From: Octopus vulgaris
Taxonomy: Eukaryota
Direction of reading: 5' to 3'
Assembly: GCA_951406725.2 (NCBI GenBank)
Contig: OX597843.1
Location: 14,198,001 to 14,262,000, forward strand
Length of the DNA: 64,000 nt
Below the pieces are notes generated by a model. That model worked only from the letters and a program-made list of their open reading frames with translations, had not been told where the DNA came from and searched no databases. Positions 12,123-26,610 of the stretch are shown here, one piece after another. Numbering within the stretch: position 1 is the stretch's first letter; the number at the start of each line of letters is the position of its first letter. The position numbers and the translations under genes are program-made.

Positions 12123-14724
12123 TTACAGCATGCATAATTGTATTCTGTATTAATTAATTTTATGTTAAAGTAACAATGTCGTTAAGTATGAAACTTATAA
12201 CAACTGATATATATATATGTGGTGTGAAAAAGATGAAACTCCCCCGGATCGTCCAGTGCCAAGCGGTTATGGATATTAGGGTTTGTTTTGATTCTTCACA
12301 TGTCAATGATCACAAAGACATCACAGGAGATTGAGCAGGTAGTTCAAAAATACGGATGGGTGGTCAAATAAAGTATTGACTCCAGAAAGTTCTTCCAAGG
12401 TCATGTGATTAACAAAAAACAAAGCAATTTAACTTTCATCAAGCAAATGAACCAGAGTTTTAAAAAATGTTGAAAAGGGGCCAATTTTGGAAAATGTGCT
12501 CAGTTGCTCAGGGGAAGGGGTGGATCCGCTTGTTCCCTATTAGCTACACCACTGGCAAGGATGAGAATCAGTGTTGCGAAGATTGAGACATTGGTCCTTT
12601 CAAGGGAGTCTTTTCAGGGCACTCTGCATGTTAGTGGAATGTCAGAGAAACAAGTGGAAAAGTTGCTCTTGGGGCCATATTCATGATTGACAGAAAAGGA
12701 AAGGTTGAATTGGGTGCTAGAACTGAAGGGACAGATACAGAAGTGTGTCAGCCCCAGAATTTGATCACCAGAAGAGGAGGGCTTGGTAGGAAAAGCCAAA
12801 CTTGCTGTTTTCAGTTCAGCGTTTTGTCCCTTTTCTCCCCTATAATCAAGAATGTTGAGAAAGGACCGACAGAAGACAATCCTGAATACAAGCAATCGGA
12901 ATGGGGGGGGTTCCTCTGAAGGATATCTGGAGTAACATTACTCTACAAGTTGCAGAGATCAAAGGAAGTCAAGCGGTTGGATGGAACTTACACTCACCTC
13001 CCTATGAGAGCTCAAAATCTCTCGTGGAAGCGTCATCCAACCAAAACGTAAATATATGGGAAACTACCACCTGTGTCATCTCTTGTGAAAGGTAGGAGAG
13101 TCCAGTTTGCTGGACATTGTTGTAGAGCTGAAAACGAGGTAATTTCTGCTCTTCTCCTCTGGAAGCCATCTACTCGCGATACCAGAGGGTGCACACTCTC
13201 CTACCCTGATGTAATCTCCAGGGATACAGGCATCCAGCAACAGGACCTCCGTAATGCCATGATGGACCGTGAAGTCTGGCGTAGCATGGTAAATTCCATT
13301 GTCTCAACCACGGTCGAACAATGATCATGATATCTCCATATTGGGAGGTCACAGCTCTGGTACCACAAATGTGACCAGAATGATGTGCAGGAAAGAATCA
13401 GACACAGGTTCTTTAAGATGACCCAACTGGCAGGAGAGCCATGGGAAGACGGAGAATGAGAGTTGGATAATCTCCATAGTATTTGTTACCCATACTTGGG
13501 AATCCAGCTGGAAAAGTCTAAAGATGGATGCTTCTGATATGACCTTATGGAGGAAGACGTGGCTCAGGTCTCTCCCCAACAACCCTCCCATGAAGGCACA
13601 TGGCCTAGTGGTTAGAGCAGCGGACTCGTGGTCGAGGAGTCATGGGTTCAAATCTCAGAGCGGGCGATGTGTGTATTTATGAGCGAAACACCTAAGCTCC
13701 ATGCGGCTCTGGCAGAAGGTAATGGCAAAACTTCTGCTGACTCTTTCACCACAACTTTCCTCCTGCATCTTACAGCTCACCTGTGACGGACCGGCATCCC
13801 TTCCAGGTGGGGAACCTATACGCCAAGAAACCGGGAAACCGGCCCTTATGAGCCAGGCATGGCTCGAGAAGGAACAAACAAAAACAAACAACCCTCCCAA
13901 GAATAGTGGACAGAGAAGCTGGATTAGTCTAAAGATCCGATACAGATAGAATTAATAAAAATATATTCTATCCAGTGAGAGATAAACATCAATTTAAATA
14001 CACAACCGAAAGAGCTACAAATAGTTTCATGCTTTTATGATACTTGAACAGGATTATTTATAAAACAAGCCATGTAACCTAAAGCAAAAATTTATACACC
14101 TTGTTCTGGACCTATATCCCTTGGATTACTCCATAAAATACATACGCACGCGTGGGAAGGTATGTGGCCTAGTGGTTAGGGTATTGCGCTGTCACAAAAT
14201 GATGGGTTTGATTCCTGGACTCGGCGGTGCAGTGTGTTCTTGAGCAAAACACTTCATTTTACGTTGCTCCAGTCCACCCAGCTGTTAATGGGTCACCCCT
14301 ATGACGAACTGGTCTTCCAATTCAGGGTAGGGAATGCTGGCCTGCTCGCCAAGCCACTGGGGTGGCATCATTCAAAGGCTAAAACACTGCATAGCACACT
14401 GTGATCAGCGATGTATAACACTTGATAGTCTGGTCAATACTGTGATAAACACACACACACACACATTTCAGGTAACTATAGAGTTTTGACTGAGGTTGTT
14501 CTTAGAAACGTCATACGTGAGAAAGAAAGAGGGGTCAACTGTTGACCCCTCGTGTCTTTTCTTTTTCAATGCTTGTTTCTGGTAAGAAACAAGCACTGAA
14601 ATTTTTGTTCATGTTTGCCCACCCCCACTGCTTGTCTGTTGCTTCCTTATCTAAACGATATGGGACTTCGAAGGACAATTATTATATATCTATATAAACT
14701 ATCTCCATTTATGTTTGTGAGTGT

Positions 14725-15392
14725 GTATACATACGTACATACATTTATATACATATATACATACGTACATACATCTATATACATATATACATACGTACAT
14801 ACATCTATATACATACGTACATACATCTATATACATATATACATACCTACATACATACATACATCTATATACATACATACATCTATATACATATATACAT
14901 ACGTACATACATTTATATACATATGTACATACGTACATACATCTATATACATATATACATACATTTATATACATATATACATACATTTATATACATATAT
15001 ACATACGTACATACATCTATATACATATATACATACGTACATACATTTATATACATATATACATACGTACATACATTTATATACATATATACATACGTAC
15101 ATACATCTATATACATATATACATACGTACATACATCTATATACATACGTACATACATCTATATACATATATACATACATCTATATACATACATACATCT
15201 ATATACATATATACATACGTACATACATTTATATACATACGTACATACATTTATATACATACATACATACGTATATACATACATACATACGTATATACAT
15301 ACATACGTATATACATACATACGTACGTATATACATCTATATACATACGTATATACATACATACATAAATATATATATACATATATATACAC
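14725..15392. repeat. Microsatellite-derived minisatellite (about 30-bp unit atacatatatacatacgtacatacatctat)
   Basis: Direct inspection; explains the YIHT/MYV pseudo-ORFs. Confidence 0.9.
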
Positions 15393-15574
15393 ACACTCGC
15401 GTACAAAAATAACATGAGTGAAGCCGGGGTTTAAACTGTATATTGACCGTAACATGTATGTTTATGTTCATATTTATTAAGAGAGAGAATTGATGTAAAT
15501 CGAAAATACACGAATGTCTATTTCACCAAAATATATAAACACACATCTCTCCTCCATACACACACACAATTACT

Positions 15575-15611
<37 letters not shown>

Positions 15612-15746
15612 TATATACATATATATACAAACACTAGCATATATACTAACATATAAATACAGTAATTGTTTATATACCATCACATAACTTTATACACACA
15701 CACACACACATATATACACATATATAAACACATTGAAACCACTTAC

Positions 15747-16950
15747 CCCGGGTGTTTTTGTTGTGGCTCTAAGTTGAAGTGACGAAACATCATAAACACA
15801 CATGTTAATTGCAGAAGCTTTCCCTCATAATATATACACTCACACACACACAGATATATATATATCATACATGAACGTGTGTATAACGTGTGTATATATT
15901 TATATACATCTACGAATAAATAACTGCACAATATACACACATATAAACCAGTATATACGCACACAGTATAATATAATATAATATATAAGTGTGTCTATGT
16001 ATGTCGAAGATGATTTTTTTTGTATATATACAGCTATGAAGGAACAGCTATACACTACATTAATATATACATACAGAATATATATCTATTTACACACACA
16101 CACTATATATACACACATATATACACAGACACGCGCGATTGTATGTGTCTAAGATGTCTTTTCGCTTGTGTGGTCGCCTTCCTGTTCCGGACGAAGTATA
16201 TATTTATATGGAGCTCTGTGTTTCTCTACGTATATATATATATACGTGTGTGTGTGTGTAGATATATCTCCGTAGAAATGTATTTCTACAAGCAGGAGAG
16301 AGAGAGAGACAGCCCTTGGTACAATGTCCTGGTCCCCACCTCAATTCGAACCCCTCTGCACTTCTGGCTCTCGGCTGCCGTTTGTTATTGACTTCATTCT
16401 CTTATTCCGTCGATCCGTTGATCCTGCGGTAGGAATTAGTCGTCGTCATCGTCGTCGTGGTCTTCCCTTTCCTCTTTTGTCATAAAAAGGGGAGGGAGAA
16501 GAGGAACAAGATATGTAGAGAGAGGGTGATGAAGCAAAAATAGAAATAGTAAAAAAGGCGCCAGAGGAAAAGGAAGAGAAGTAAAACGTAGTCGTCGCCA
16601 TCATCGTGTTGCTCCCCTTCCTCCTCCTCTTTCTCAAATGCTTCATTTCATTGGCTTGTTTGTTTGAGGCAGAGGAAGAGGAACAAGATATAGAGTGAGG
16701 GTGATGAAAGAAAAATAGAAACAATAAAAGAGGTGTAAGAGAGTAAACGACAGAGAAGTAAGAAAGAGAGACAGAGAGAGAGAGAGAGAAAGAAGTGTAG
16801 TAAGGAGGCGAGGAGGAAGATAGATAGATAGATAGATAGGAGAAAGAGAGAGGGAGAAGAGAGTGGGTAATTTGGAGGAATTAATTTCAGGATTAAAAGA
16901 TCGATGGAATAATAGAATATAGACATTAAAAAAATAACCGAAGGCTAAAT
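15747..16950 (-). promoter_or_regulatory. Candidate first (5'UTR) exon and promoter-proximal region of FBXO8
   Basis: Consensus donor GGG|gtaagt at 15746. TE-free, CpG-containing, CT-rich (minus strand) stretch ending at a long (CT)n tract. The TSS position is not determinable. Confidence 0.4.
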
Positions 16951-16963
16951 AAAATGAGGTGGA

Positions 16964-17074
<111 letters not shown>

Positions 17075-17797
17075 TCTCTAAAAGTTTTATCTAAATCCGT
17101 TAATCCTTTCAGCCGTAATTAACTGACTTTGTTTTTTTTATTTATTCATATTCGGATCTTTTCGGTTTGACCGGCAGTTTTTAAAATAATTTCCTTGTAA
17201 CTAAACACTTTTAAACTTCGTATACTGCTAGAATGTGTTTATAAAACATCTTTTTCTCTTGGCTTTATTGAGAAAATTCTATAGTTTCTAAGATATTTGT
17301 TGGGGATTTTTTTCTTCAATTTCTGCAATTTCAACCAATCAATGACGTCCATTGAGGTAAAAAAAACATTGTGTGCTGTATGAATATGTCCCTCGTTTAA
17401 GAAACAGATTGGGTTTATTTACATTTGTGAAGAAAAAAGATACCCTTCCCCCACCCCTAACTCTAACCCTAAAACAGATTGAAATGCAATAGATCAATAC
17501 TAGGGTCATAATTATGGGTGACAATTTCATATGACAACGCTAGAAAAAACTGCCGTTCAAATCCTACTTTTGCCTCTGTAACAAACACTTCCAACAATGC
17601 AATGCACGCGCAAGAGAGAGAGAAGATACCCTAAGAAAATATCTCTGTGGTCTCTTAAGCCAATATGTTGGTCCTTCTGTGATCTTTCAGACATCTAGAA
17701 ATAACAGCCAATTATTTAATATAACACTACAAGACACACACACACACACATGTAATGGGACAGAACCCGAAACATCCAGACAGGTGATACAAGAAAG

Positions 17798-18206
17798 GGA
17801 TCTTTTCCGTTTCAACGGCAGTTTTTTCTGGCGAAGTCATATGAAATTGTCACCCATAATTATGATCCTAGTATCGATTTATTGTATTTCAATCTGTTTT
17901 AGGGTTAGGGGTGGGGGAAGGGTATATTTTTTTCTTCACAAATGTAAATAAATCCAATCTGTTTCTTAAACGAGGGACATTTTCATACGGCACAGAATGT
18001 TTTCACCTCAATTGACGTCATTGATTGGTTGAAATTGCAGAAATTGAAGAAAAAAACTACAAATATCTTACAAACTATAGAATTTTCTCAATAAAGCCAA
18101 GAGAAAAAGATGTTTTATAAACACATTCTACCAGTATACGAAGTTTAAAAGTGTTTAGTTTGGTGGAAATTATTTTAAAAAACTGCCGGTCAAACCGAAA
18201 AGATCC
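17798..18206. mobile_element. MITE, Merlin-like family, about 410-bp type
   Basis: TIRs GGATCTTTTC.GTTT.A.CGGCAG / CTGCCG.TCAAAC.GAAAAGATCC. Same type at 17153-17560 (partial), 19733-20144, 34665-35059 (TSD aacgagcg), 60520-60943, 63812-64000, and a deleted form at 28797-28982. Confidence 0.8.
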
Positions 18207-18703
18207 AAAGAAAGGGACAACAAAACATCCAGACAGACGATACAAAGAAAACAAGGACGGGTCTTCGGAGTTTTCTTTCTTCAGTCGAGTTCCAGATTAT
18301 CTTTGCAAATTTTGGCTGGTTATACTCGAGATTGCTCCAATCTGGCCAGCCCCAAGGAAAAACTAAGCTAAGAACATTAGATTCTTTGGAAGAAAGCAGC
18401 AAATGTATACAAAAACAAGGATGGAAAAAAAACGGAGAATTTTACACAAATACAAATAACAGGACATAACAACAGGTGTCTTTCAACAAAGGACAAATTA
18501 AATTAAGCTGGCGTGGGTGGAAGTAAAGCCTTACAGCAGGGATATATATATGAAGCGTACACTCTAGTGAAATTCCTCACTCCCTTTTGCATGTAGCAGG
18601 TAAGAGCTAGCCTTTGGCTGCTATTTCGACCACGTTGTATCCACTTCTCCTTTTGGTTATTGACACAATTTGTCTCTTTATTCTGTTGCGTCAATTTGCT
18701 GCA

Positions 18704-20439
18704 TGTAACCAATCAGAGCCCATAAATACAATCACGTGAGGGAGCCTATTCTCAACCCAGTTTTTGAGCCTACCACTCCTTATAAAAACTCACCTTCTCT
18801 TTGTTTTGAGGTCTTTCGGTTCCAGAGATTTTTAGGTCTAGCCACTGACCGCACAAGACAAGCATAAGATCTGGTCATCAAATCTAAGCAGAGATTTCAA
18901 ACTTAAAATCTTCAAAGCCACAGTCGAACCAATTCTACTCTATGGCTCAGAAACCTGGACGTTATCAAAGAAGTTTGAGAGGCGGTTGGATGGAACCTAC
19001 ACTTGCCTCCTTATGAGAGCTCAAAATCTCTCGTGGAAGCATCATCCAACCAAAGTACAAATATATGGGAAACTACCACCTGTGTCATCTCTTGTGAAAG
19101 GTAGGAGAGTCCAGTTTGCTGGACATTGTTGTAGAGCTGAAAACGAGGCAATTTCTACTCTTCTCTCGAAGCCATCTGCTTGCGATACCAGAAGGCGCAC
19201 ACTCTCCTACCCTGATGCAATCTCCAGGGATACAGGCATCCAGCAACAGGACCTCCGTAATGCCATAATGGACCATGAAGTCTGGCGTAGCATGGTAAAT
19301 TCCATTGTCTCGACCACAGTCGAACAATGATGACGATGACACAAAACACAGCCAGTTCCAGTGACAAGACCACAGCAGCCATGTTGAGACCTACCAACTT
19401 CGTCCAACAGCATAACAGCAGCCTCTGTCTTTGTCACCACTACCTTGTTGTCCTTAACATTGTCAACATCATCTCTCTATGTTCACAGCTCAGCAAGCAA
19501 CTCACCCAGGTTCCAACACTTCACTGGTTGTGAATTACTTCCCCACGGATCAACAGTCAATATACAACCTGCATGAGTGACCCCAGGCAGCAGCATCACA
19601 GCTACGACTTCACGTGTGACCTGTACCAGTAACCAGCTCAGCATCATGGCCGTGACTTTTGATACAGTATTTCAACTACCGTGTACTATTGACTATGAAC
19701 TGGTATTCTCTTTCTTGTGTATATGAAGTTTTGGATCTTTTCGGTTTGACCGGCAGTTTTTTAAAAATAATTTCCACGTAACTAAACACTTTTAAACTTG
19801 GTATACTGGTAGAATGTGTTTATAAAACATCTTTTTCTCTTGGCTTTATTGAGAAAATTCTATAGTTTGTAAGATATTTGTTGTTTTTTTTTCTTCAATT
19901 TTTGCAATTTCAACTAATCAATGACGTCTATCGAGGTGAAAACATTCTGTGCCGTATGAATATGTCCCTCGTTTAAGAAACAGATTGGGTTTATTTACAT
20001 TTCTGAAGAAAAAAGATACCCTTCCCTCCACCCCTAACCCTAAAACAGATTGAAATGCAATAGATCGATACTAGGGTCATAATTATGGGTGACAATTTCA
20101 TATGACACCGCTACAAAAAACTGCCGGTCAAACCGAAAAGATCCTCACCGTCTCCTTCATTACCATTCTTATATGTTCTTAACACACACATACATCTATG
20201 CCTACACGCACACATACATTTGTTCTCATGACGACCTGTCTATTGTTCTGTATACACGACACACACACAGACACACATGTTAACATATCAATAAATCTTC
20301 TCATGGCTGTGTCCCTCTCTTTTCCCTCTGCCACTTATATGTACTATTCAGTTTTATATTCATTGTAAGGGCTGCTGTGTGATGGACTAAAGAGACTTTC
20401 TCGTCACCTCGCATTGCACGGTCCTTACAAATTGGTGAC
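18704..20439 (+). mobile_element. LTR (probably Gypsy-type 5' LTR) plus primer-binding-site start, with nested RTE and MITE insertions
   Basis: TGTAA (18704)...TTACA (20429) termini, CCAAT and TATAAAA boxes, AATAAA near 20290, then aatTGGTGAC. Confidence 0.55.
18870..19335 (+). mobile_element. RTE-clade LINE family 2, 5'-truncated 3' end
   Basis: FKATVEPILLYGSETW...RRVQFAGHC...STTVEQ* then (ATG)n tail. Copies at 12975-13325, 39105-39445, 43296-43540; diverged relative at 43585-43970(-). Confidence 0.8.
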
Positions 20440-21924
20440 TTTCACATGATTTTATCCAGAGGCTCCGATTGGCTGCAAGTGGCAAATTGATGTGACAGAA
20501 TGTGACACAAATTGCCCCAATATCAACCAATCAGAGTAGAGGACACAGCAGGGTCCAAATAGTGGTCAAAGACCAATCTGTTACTTGCTTCGTTTGAATG
20601 CATGTATCTCTTATTATAATATATAATAAAGGGGAGAGATTTTCACCCGAGTGTGTGCTACATATAGATGTCATCATCATCATCATCATTTAACGTCCGT
20701 TGTCCCTGCTGGCATGGGCTGGATGGTTTGACCAGGGCTGGCATACTGGAAGGCTGCACCAGACTCCAGTCTGATTTTGCATGGTTTCTATGGCTGGATG
20801 CCCTTCCTAACATGCCAACCACTCTGAGAGTGTGTGCTGGGTGCTTTTACATGACACCAGTATCTGCCACGACTATGATATTACTTGCATTGATGGATCT
20901 TCTTCTCAAGCATAGCATAATGCCAATGGTCTCTGTCTTTAGCCATTGCCTCTGTAAGGCCCAACTTTTGGAAGGGTTTTTTCACATGCCACCGGCATCG
21001 GCCACTTTGCCTCTGTGAGGCCCAATGATCGAAAGGTGTTTTTTTTGTGCCACTGGTATTGGTGCCAGTTACATGACACCAACAACCACACTCTCAGAGC
21101 ATCCACATCCACTGCTGACTTGGTCTCCTGGATAACGGAGGCTATCTACAACCTCTAGCTTACCCAACTGATAGTCGAGGGAGTCTATTTTCTGTACATT
21201 TTCAGTGTTTATTGTACCTGTGCATCTTCCACACAACAACTATTTGCCCGCTTAACCTTCCTCTGATATTGCTACCCCTCTTATGTGTCCATAGCTTACA
21301 CCATGAGAGGTTTTGGTATCCAGAGGACCCAAGATGGCAGGTAAGACTACATAAATGCTACAGGAAGACAGTAGTTAGACTCTCAGTTCGATAATAATAC
21401 GAGTGAGAAGTCTAATGCATGTCTTGTGTGACTTACTTACTTGTACTTGTGGCGACATTCACCCTGGGCGGGTTGAGTCGGCTTCTTCCACCACCCTCGA
21501 TGCATCTCGTACCATGGCAGTGGAAGAAGTTTCGTGGGAATATGTGGATCTCACAAGCGGTCCCCAACAATCCCGCATGTGGAGACATCCTGTTTGCTGC
21601 AGATTGTCCGCAGAGGCAGGGACAGAACGACTGAGGAGCCTCCGGTTGCTGAAACAGACACTCTGAGGATTTTCACCAGGGCCCGTCTGCTGGGTTGTGG
21701 CCTTAATACCACTCAGTGTCAGATCAATCCGCCTTGGGTGGCCCTACCAGGAACCGAAGTTCCCAACGGCATAGCTCCAACACCACCCGTTGCCAGCGTC
21801 CCCACCACGGTGAGGAGGGGATGGACTTTGCGGACGCTATGGACTTTGGGGACGTATATGTTAAGTAAAATGAGACAACAAAACTAAGGCTGTGTGGAAT
21901 TTATAGGACATTTATAAAGAGAAA

Positions 21925-21972
21925 GTCTTACAGCTGTTTCTGGGATATTAGGGATATCGCTTCATCAGAGAC
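21925..21972 (-). ncRNA. Minimal type I hammerhead ribozyme motif
   Basis: GUCU CUGAUGA a gcgauau-cccua-auauccc a GAAAC AGCU GUA AGAC. Stem I GUCU/AGAC; palindromic stem III ACAGCUGU. Confidence 0.7.
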
Positions 21973-23607
21973 GATAGGAGAGAGTTAACTAGAAGGAAAT
22001 AGAATTCAATTTAAGGGGTTACTTTGGAAAAGGATTGTTATAGGGAGTATAAAAGGAAATAAGGGAAGAAATTTCTACTTATATTTTTACAGTTATTACT
22101 CTGGATGCTGGTGTGAAAAAATAACAATGATAGCAGGCCGATGCCAGCACCGCCTTGACTGGCTCCCGTGCCGGTGGCATGTAAAAAGCACCATCTGAAC
22201 GTGGCCAATGCCAGCGCCACCTTGACTGGCTTCCGTGCCAGTGGCACATAAAAAGCACCATCCGATCATGGCCATTGCCAGCCTCGCCTGGCACCTGTGC
22301 TGGTGGCACGTAAAAAGCACCTACTACACTCTCAGAGTGGTTGGCGTTAGGAAGGGCATCCAGGTGTAGAAACTTTGCCAGACCAGATTGGAGCCTGGTG
22401 CAGCCACTGGCTCTCCAGACCTCAGTCAAACCATCCAACCCATGCCAGCATGGAAAACGGATGTTAAACGATGATGATGATGATGATGATGATGATGAAT
22501 AGTAATAAAAATGAGATAGAACTGGACGTTTGCATTCTTCACTAGAGCTATAACCAACAGTCTTCAGTTAGCGAACTGTGACAAAATTAGGAAAATGAAT
22601 GAATAACAATAATGAATGAGTGAAAGAGGAAGAACTGGATTGAACAAAGGGATCTTCAGTTTTCTCTAACATACGGCACGGAAGACAAAACTGTGGGTAC
22701 ATAGATAATGAAATACTCTTTACTCTTTTACGTGTTTCAGTCATTTGACTGCGGCCATGCTGGAGCACCACCTTTAGTCGAGCAAATCAACCTCAGGACT
22801 TATTCTTTGTAAGCCTAGTACTTATTCTATCAGTCTCTTTTGCCAAACCGCTAAGTTACGGGGATGCAAACACACCAGCATCGGTTGTCAAGTGATGTTG
22901 ACAACAAACACACATATATATCATCATCATCATCACCATTATCGTTTAACATCCACTTTCCATGCTAGCAAGGGTTGGACGATTTGACTGAGGGCTGGCG
23001 AACCAGACTCCTATCTGATCTGGCAGAGTTTCTACAGCTGGATGTAGTGGATGCTTTTATGTACCACCGGCACGAGGGCCAGTCTGGCAGTACTGGCAGC
23101 AGCCACGCTCAAATGGTGCTTTTTATGTGCCACCTGCACAGGAGCCAGTCCAGTGGCACTGGCAACAACCTTGCTCGAATATTTTTTCACGTGCCACTAG
23201 CACAAATGCCAGTAAGACGATGTAGGTAATGATCACGTTCGAATGGTGCTTTTTGCATGCCATCGGCACGAAGGCCAGCTTGTTGCTCTGGCAAGGATCT
23301 CACTCGTATGGTACTCTTAGTGCTCCACTATCACGGATGCCAGTCATTGAATTTGATTTCGATTTCACTTGCCTCAACTGGTCTTCGTGAGCAGAGTTTT
23401 GTGTCCAATGAAGGAAAGGTACGCATAAGTGTGTTGGTTACACCCCTGGCATAGGCCACAAGGTTATGGTCTCATTTGAGCTGGCCAAGTCTTCTCAAGC
23501 ATAGCATGCTTCAAAAGGTCCCGGTCACAAGTCATTGCCTCGGTGAGGCCCAATGTTTGAAGGTCATACTTCACCACCTCATCCCAGGTCTTCCTGGGTC
23601 TACCTTC

Positions 23608-23667
<60 letters not shown>

Positions 23668-25332
23668 TACGATGGGCTTCTTTCAGTTTCTGTCTACCAA
23701 ATCGACTCACAAGGCTTTGGTCGGCCCGAGGCTGTAGCAGAAGACACTTGCCCAAGGTGCCATGCAGTGGGACTGAACCCGGAACCATGTGGTTCGTAAG
23801 TAAGCTACTTACTACACAACCACTCCTGCGCTTATATTTTGGTCTGACCAAAATAATGCGATTTTTTTTTTTTCTTGAGCCCTAGGATTTATCAGGCCAG
23901 TTATCTGGTTTCCCTGGTGTTATAATCAGCTGAGATCACAACATTCCTCCTGAATGGAACACAAATTCTTGCCGGGTTCAAGTCAAGTAATTTTGAGGGA
24001 AGCGGGTGGACAGGCTAATTCCATCATTCCCCAGTACGAGACTGGTACTTTATTTTATCATCTCTAATCGCAAAGGGATGACAAACAAAGTCAACTTTGG
24101 TGGGATTTGAACTCAAAGAGCTGGAATAAATGCTGATGAGAGCAATTGGGAAATTTGCCAACAATTTTGCTGCCTTGTGATTTTCCTGCAATGTAGATAC
24201 AAGTACAAGAATATGAATCTGCAGTCTCAGGTTCAGTTCTAGGCATGATCAATGTCATCGGAGTAAATTCAGAAGATGGAAGCCACGTGAAGGCCTCGCG
24301 TGCTGCTATGTTTGTATGTGTGTCTGTGTGTGTATGTGTGTGTGTGTGTGTATGTGTGAGTGTGTGTGTATGTGTGTGTGTGTGTGTGCATGCATACTTA
24401 CATCTTATTTCTTTACTACCCACAAGGGGCTAAACACTGAGGGGACAAACAAGGACAGACAAACGGATTAAGTCGAGTAACTGGTACTTTATTTATCAAC
24501 CCCGAAAGGATGAAAGGCAAAGTCGACCTCGGTGGAATTTGAACTCAGAACATAGCAGCAGACGAAATACTGCTAAGAATTTCGCCCGGCGTGCTAACAC
24601 TTCTGCCAGCTCGCCGTCTTCTGCGTACTTACATCTGCGTGCACTCCCCCCCCCCCACACACACACCTACAAGACAGGCATGGTTAAGTGTCAAGAAGTT
24701 TGCTTCCCAACCACATGGTTTCGGGTTTAGTCCCACTGCATGAGGCCGGGGGCAATGAGTCTTCTGCTATGGCCCTGATTGGTCTGACCAAAGCCTTATG
24801 AGTGGATTTTATATACAGAAACAGAAACACGTCATATATCATCATCATCACCATCATCATCGTTTAACGTCCGCTTTCCATGCTAGCATGGGTTGGACGG
24901 TTGGACCGGGGTCTGGGAAGCCAGGAGGTTGCACCAGGCTCCAGTCTGATCTGGCAATGTTTCTACAGCTGGATGCCCTTCCTAATGCCAACCACTCCGT
25001 GAGTGTAGTGGGTGCTTTTACATGCCACCGGCACGGTACCAGACAAGGCTGGCAACGGCCACAATCGGTTGGTGCTTTTTACGTGCCACCGGCATGGAGG
25101 CCAGTCAGGGCGGCGATGGTTCTTTTACATGCCACTGGCACTGGTATCACAACTACAATTTCCATTGATTTTTTATCGATTCCGATTTCACTTGCCTCAA
25201 CAGGTCTTCGCAAGCAGAGTTTTGTGTCCCAAGAAGGAAAAGTATGCATAAGCGGGCTGGCTACATCTCAGGTAGAGGCCACGGGTTATGGCCTCACTTG
25301 TCCTGCCGGGTCTTCTCACGCACAGCATACTC

Positions 25333-25370
<38 letters not shown>

Positions 25371-25529
25371 TTATGGTGGACATGAAATGATGATGATGAG
25401 GATGATGATGATGATATTTACACACACACAAGTAAGCACATAAATGCAAAAACAAGGTGGAAAATAACAGTACCCAAATACATATTATTTAAGTATTCCT
25501 CACAGATGTTCGCTGAATGAGAACAGGAA

Positions 25530-26610
25530 TCTCTGTGTAATAGCTTTGGTCCTACCTCTGCTGGTGACAAAGGGCCTCTTGCTCAGAGTAAAAGGTAGAC
25601 TGTATGACGCATGTGTACGAACAGCCATGCTACATGGCAGTGAAACATGGGCCGTGACTGCTGAGGACATGCGTAAGCTTGCAAGGAATGAAGCCAGTAT
25701 GCTCCGATGGATGTGTAATGTCAGTGTACATACTCGACAGAGTGTAAGTACCTTGAGAGAAAAGTTGGACCTAAGAAACATCAGATGTGGTGTGCAAGAG
25801 AGACGACTATGCTGATATGGTCATGTGTTGCGAATGAATGAGGACAGCTGTGTGAAAAAGTGTCACACCCTGGCATTTGAGGGAACCTGTGGAAGAGGTA
25901 GACCCAGGAAGACCTGGGATTAGGTGGTGAAGCATGACCTCCGAACATTGTGCCTTACCAAAGAAATGACTAGTGACCAAGACCTTTGGAGATATGCTGT
26001 ACTTAAGAAGACGTGACAAGCCAAGTGAAACCATAGCCCATGGCCTATGCCAGTGGGTGTAACCAGCCCATTTATGAATACCTCTCATTCATTGGACAAT
26101 AAACTTTGCTTGCAAAGATCTATTGAGGCAAGTAAAATCAAAATCAAAATTGTTGACAGTACCGCCTGATTGGCACTTGTGCCAGTGGAACATTAATAGC
26201 ACCATCCGAGCATGATCATTGCCAAGGTCATGGATTGACTCCCATGCTGGTGACACATGAAAAGCACCATTCACGCGTAATCGTTGCCAGCGTCACCTTA
26301 ACAGCACATGGAAAACAACATTTGAGCATGGTCATTGCCAGTACCGCATGCAGGTAGCACATAAAAAAACACCCTTTGAGCATGGTCATTGCCAGAACAG
26401 CTGGACTGGCCTTCATGCTGGTGGCATGTAAAAGCACCCTTTACACTCTTTGAGTGGTTGGCGTTAGGAAGGGCAACTGTAGAAACCTTGCCAGATCAGA
26501 TTGAGCCTGGTGCAGCTTCTGGCTCACCAGTCCTCAGTCAAACCATCCAACCCATGCCAGCATGGAAAGCGGACGTTAAATGACGATGACGATGTTGATG
26601 ATGATGATGA
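25530..26610 (+). mobile_element. RTE family 1 3' fragment with 3'UTR and (GAT)n tail
   Basis: KGRLYDACVRTAMLHGSETW...RGRPRKTW followed by the UTR ending ggaaagcggacgttaaatgacgatg. Confidence 0.85.

Noticed and set aside
14615-15455. Long ORFs (265, 215, 164 aa)
   Set aside because: Translations of a TACA/TATA minisatellite with no protein-like complexity
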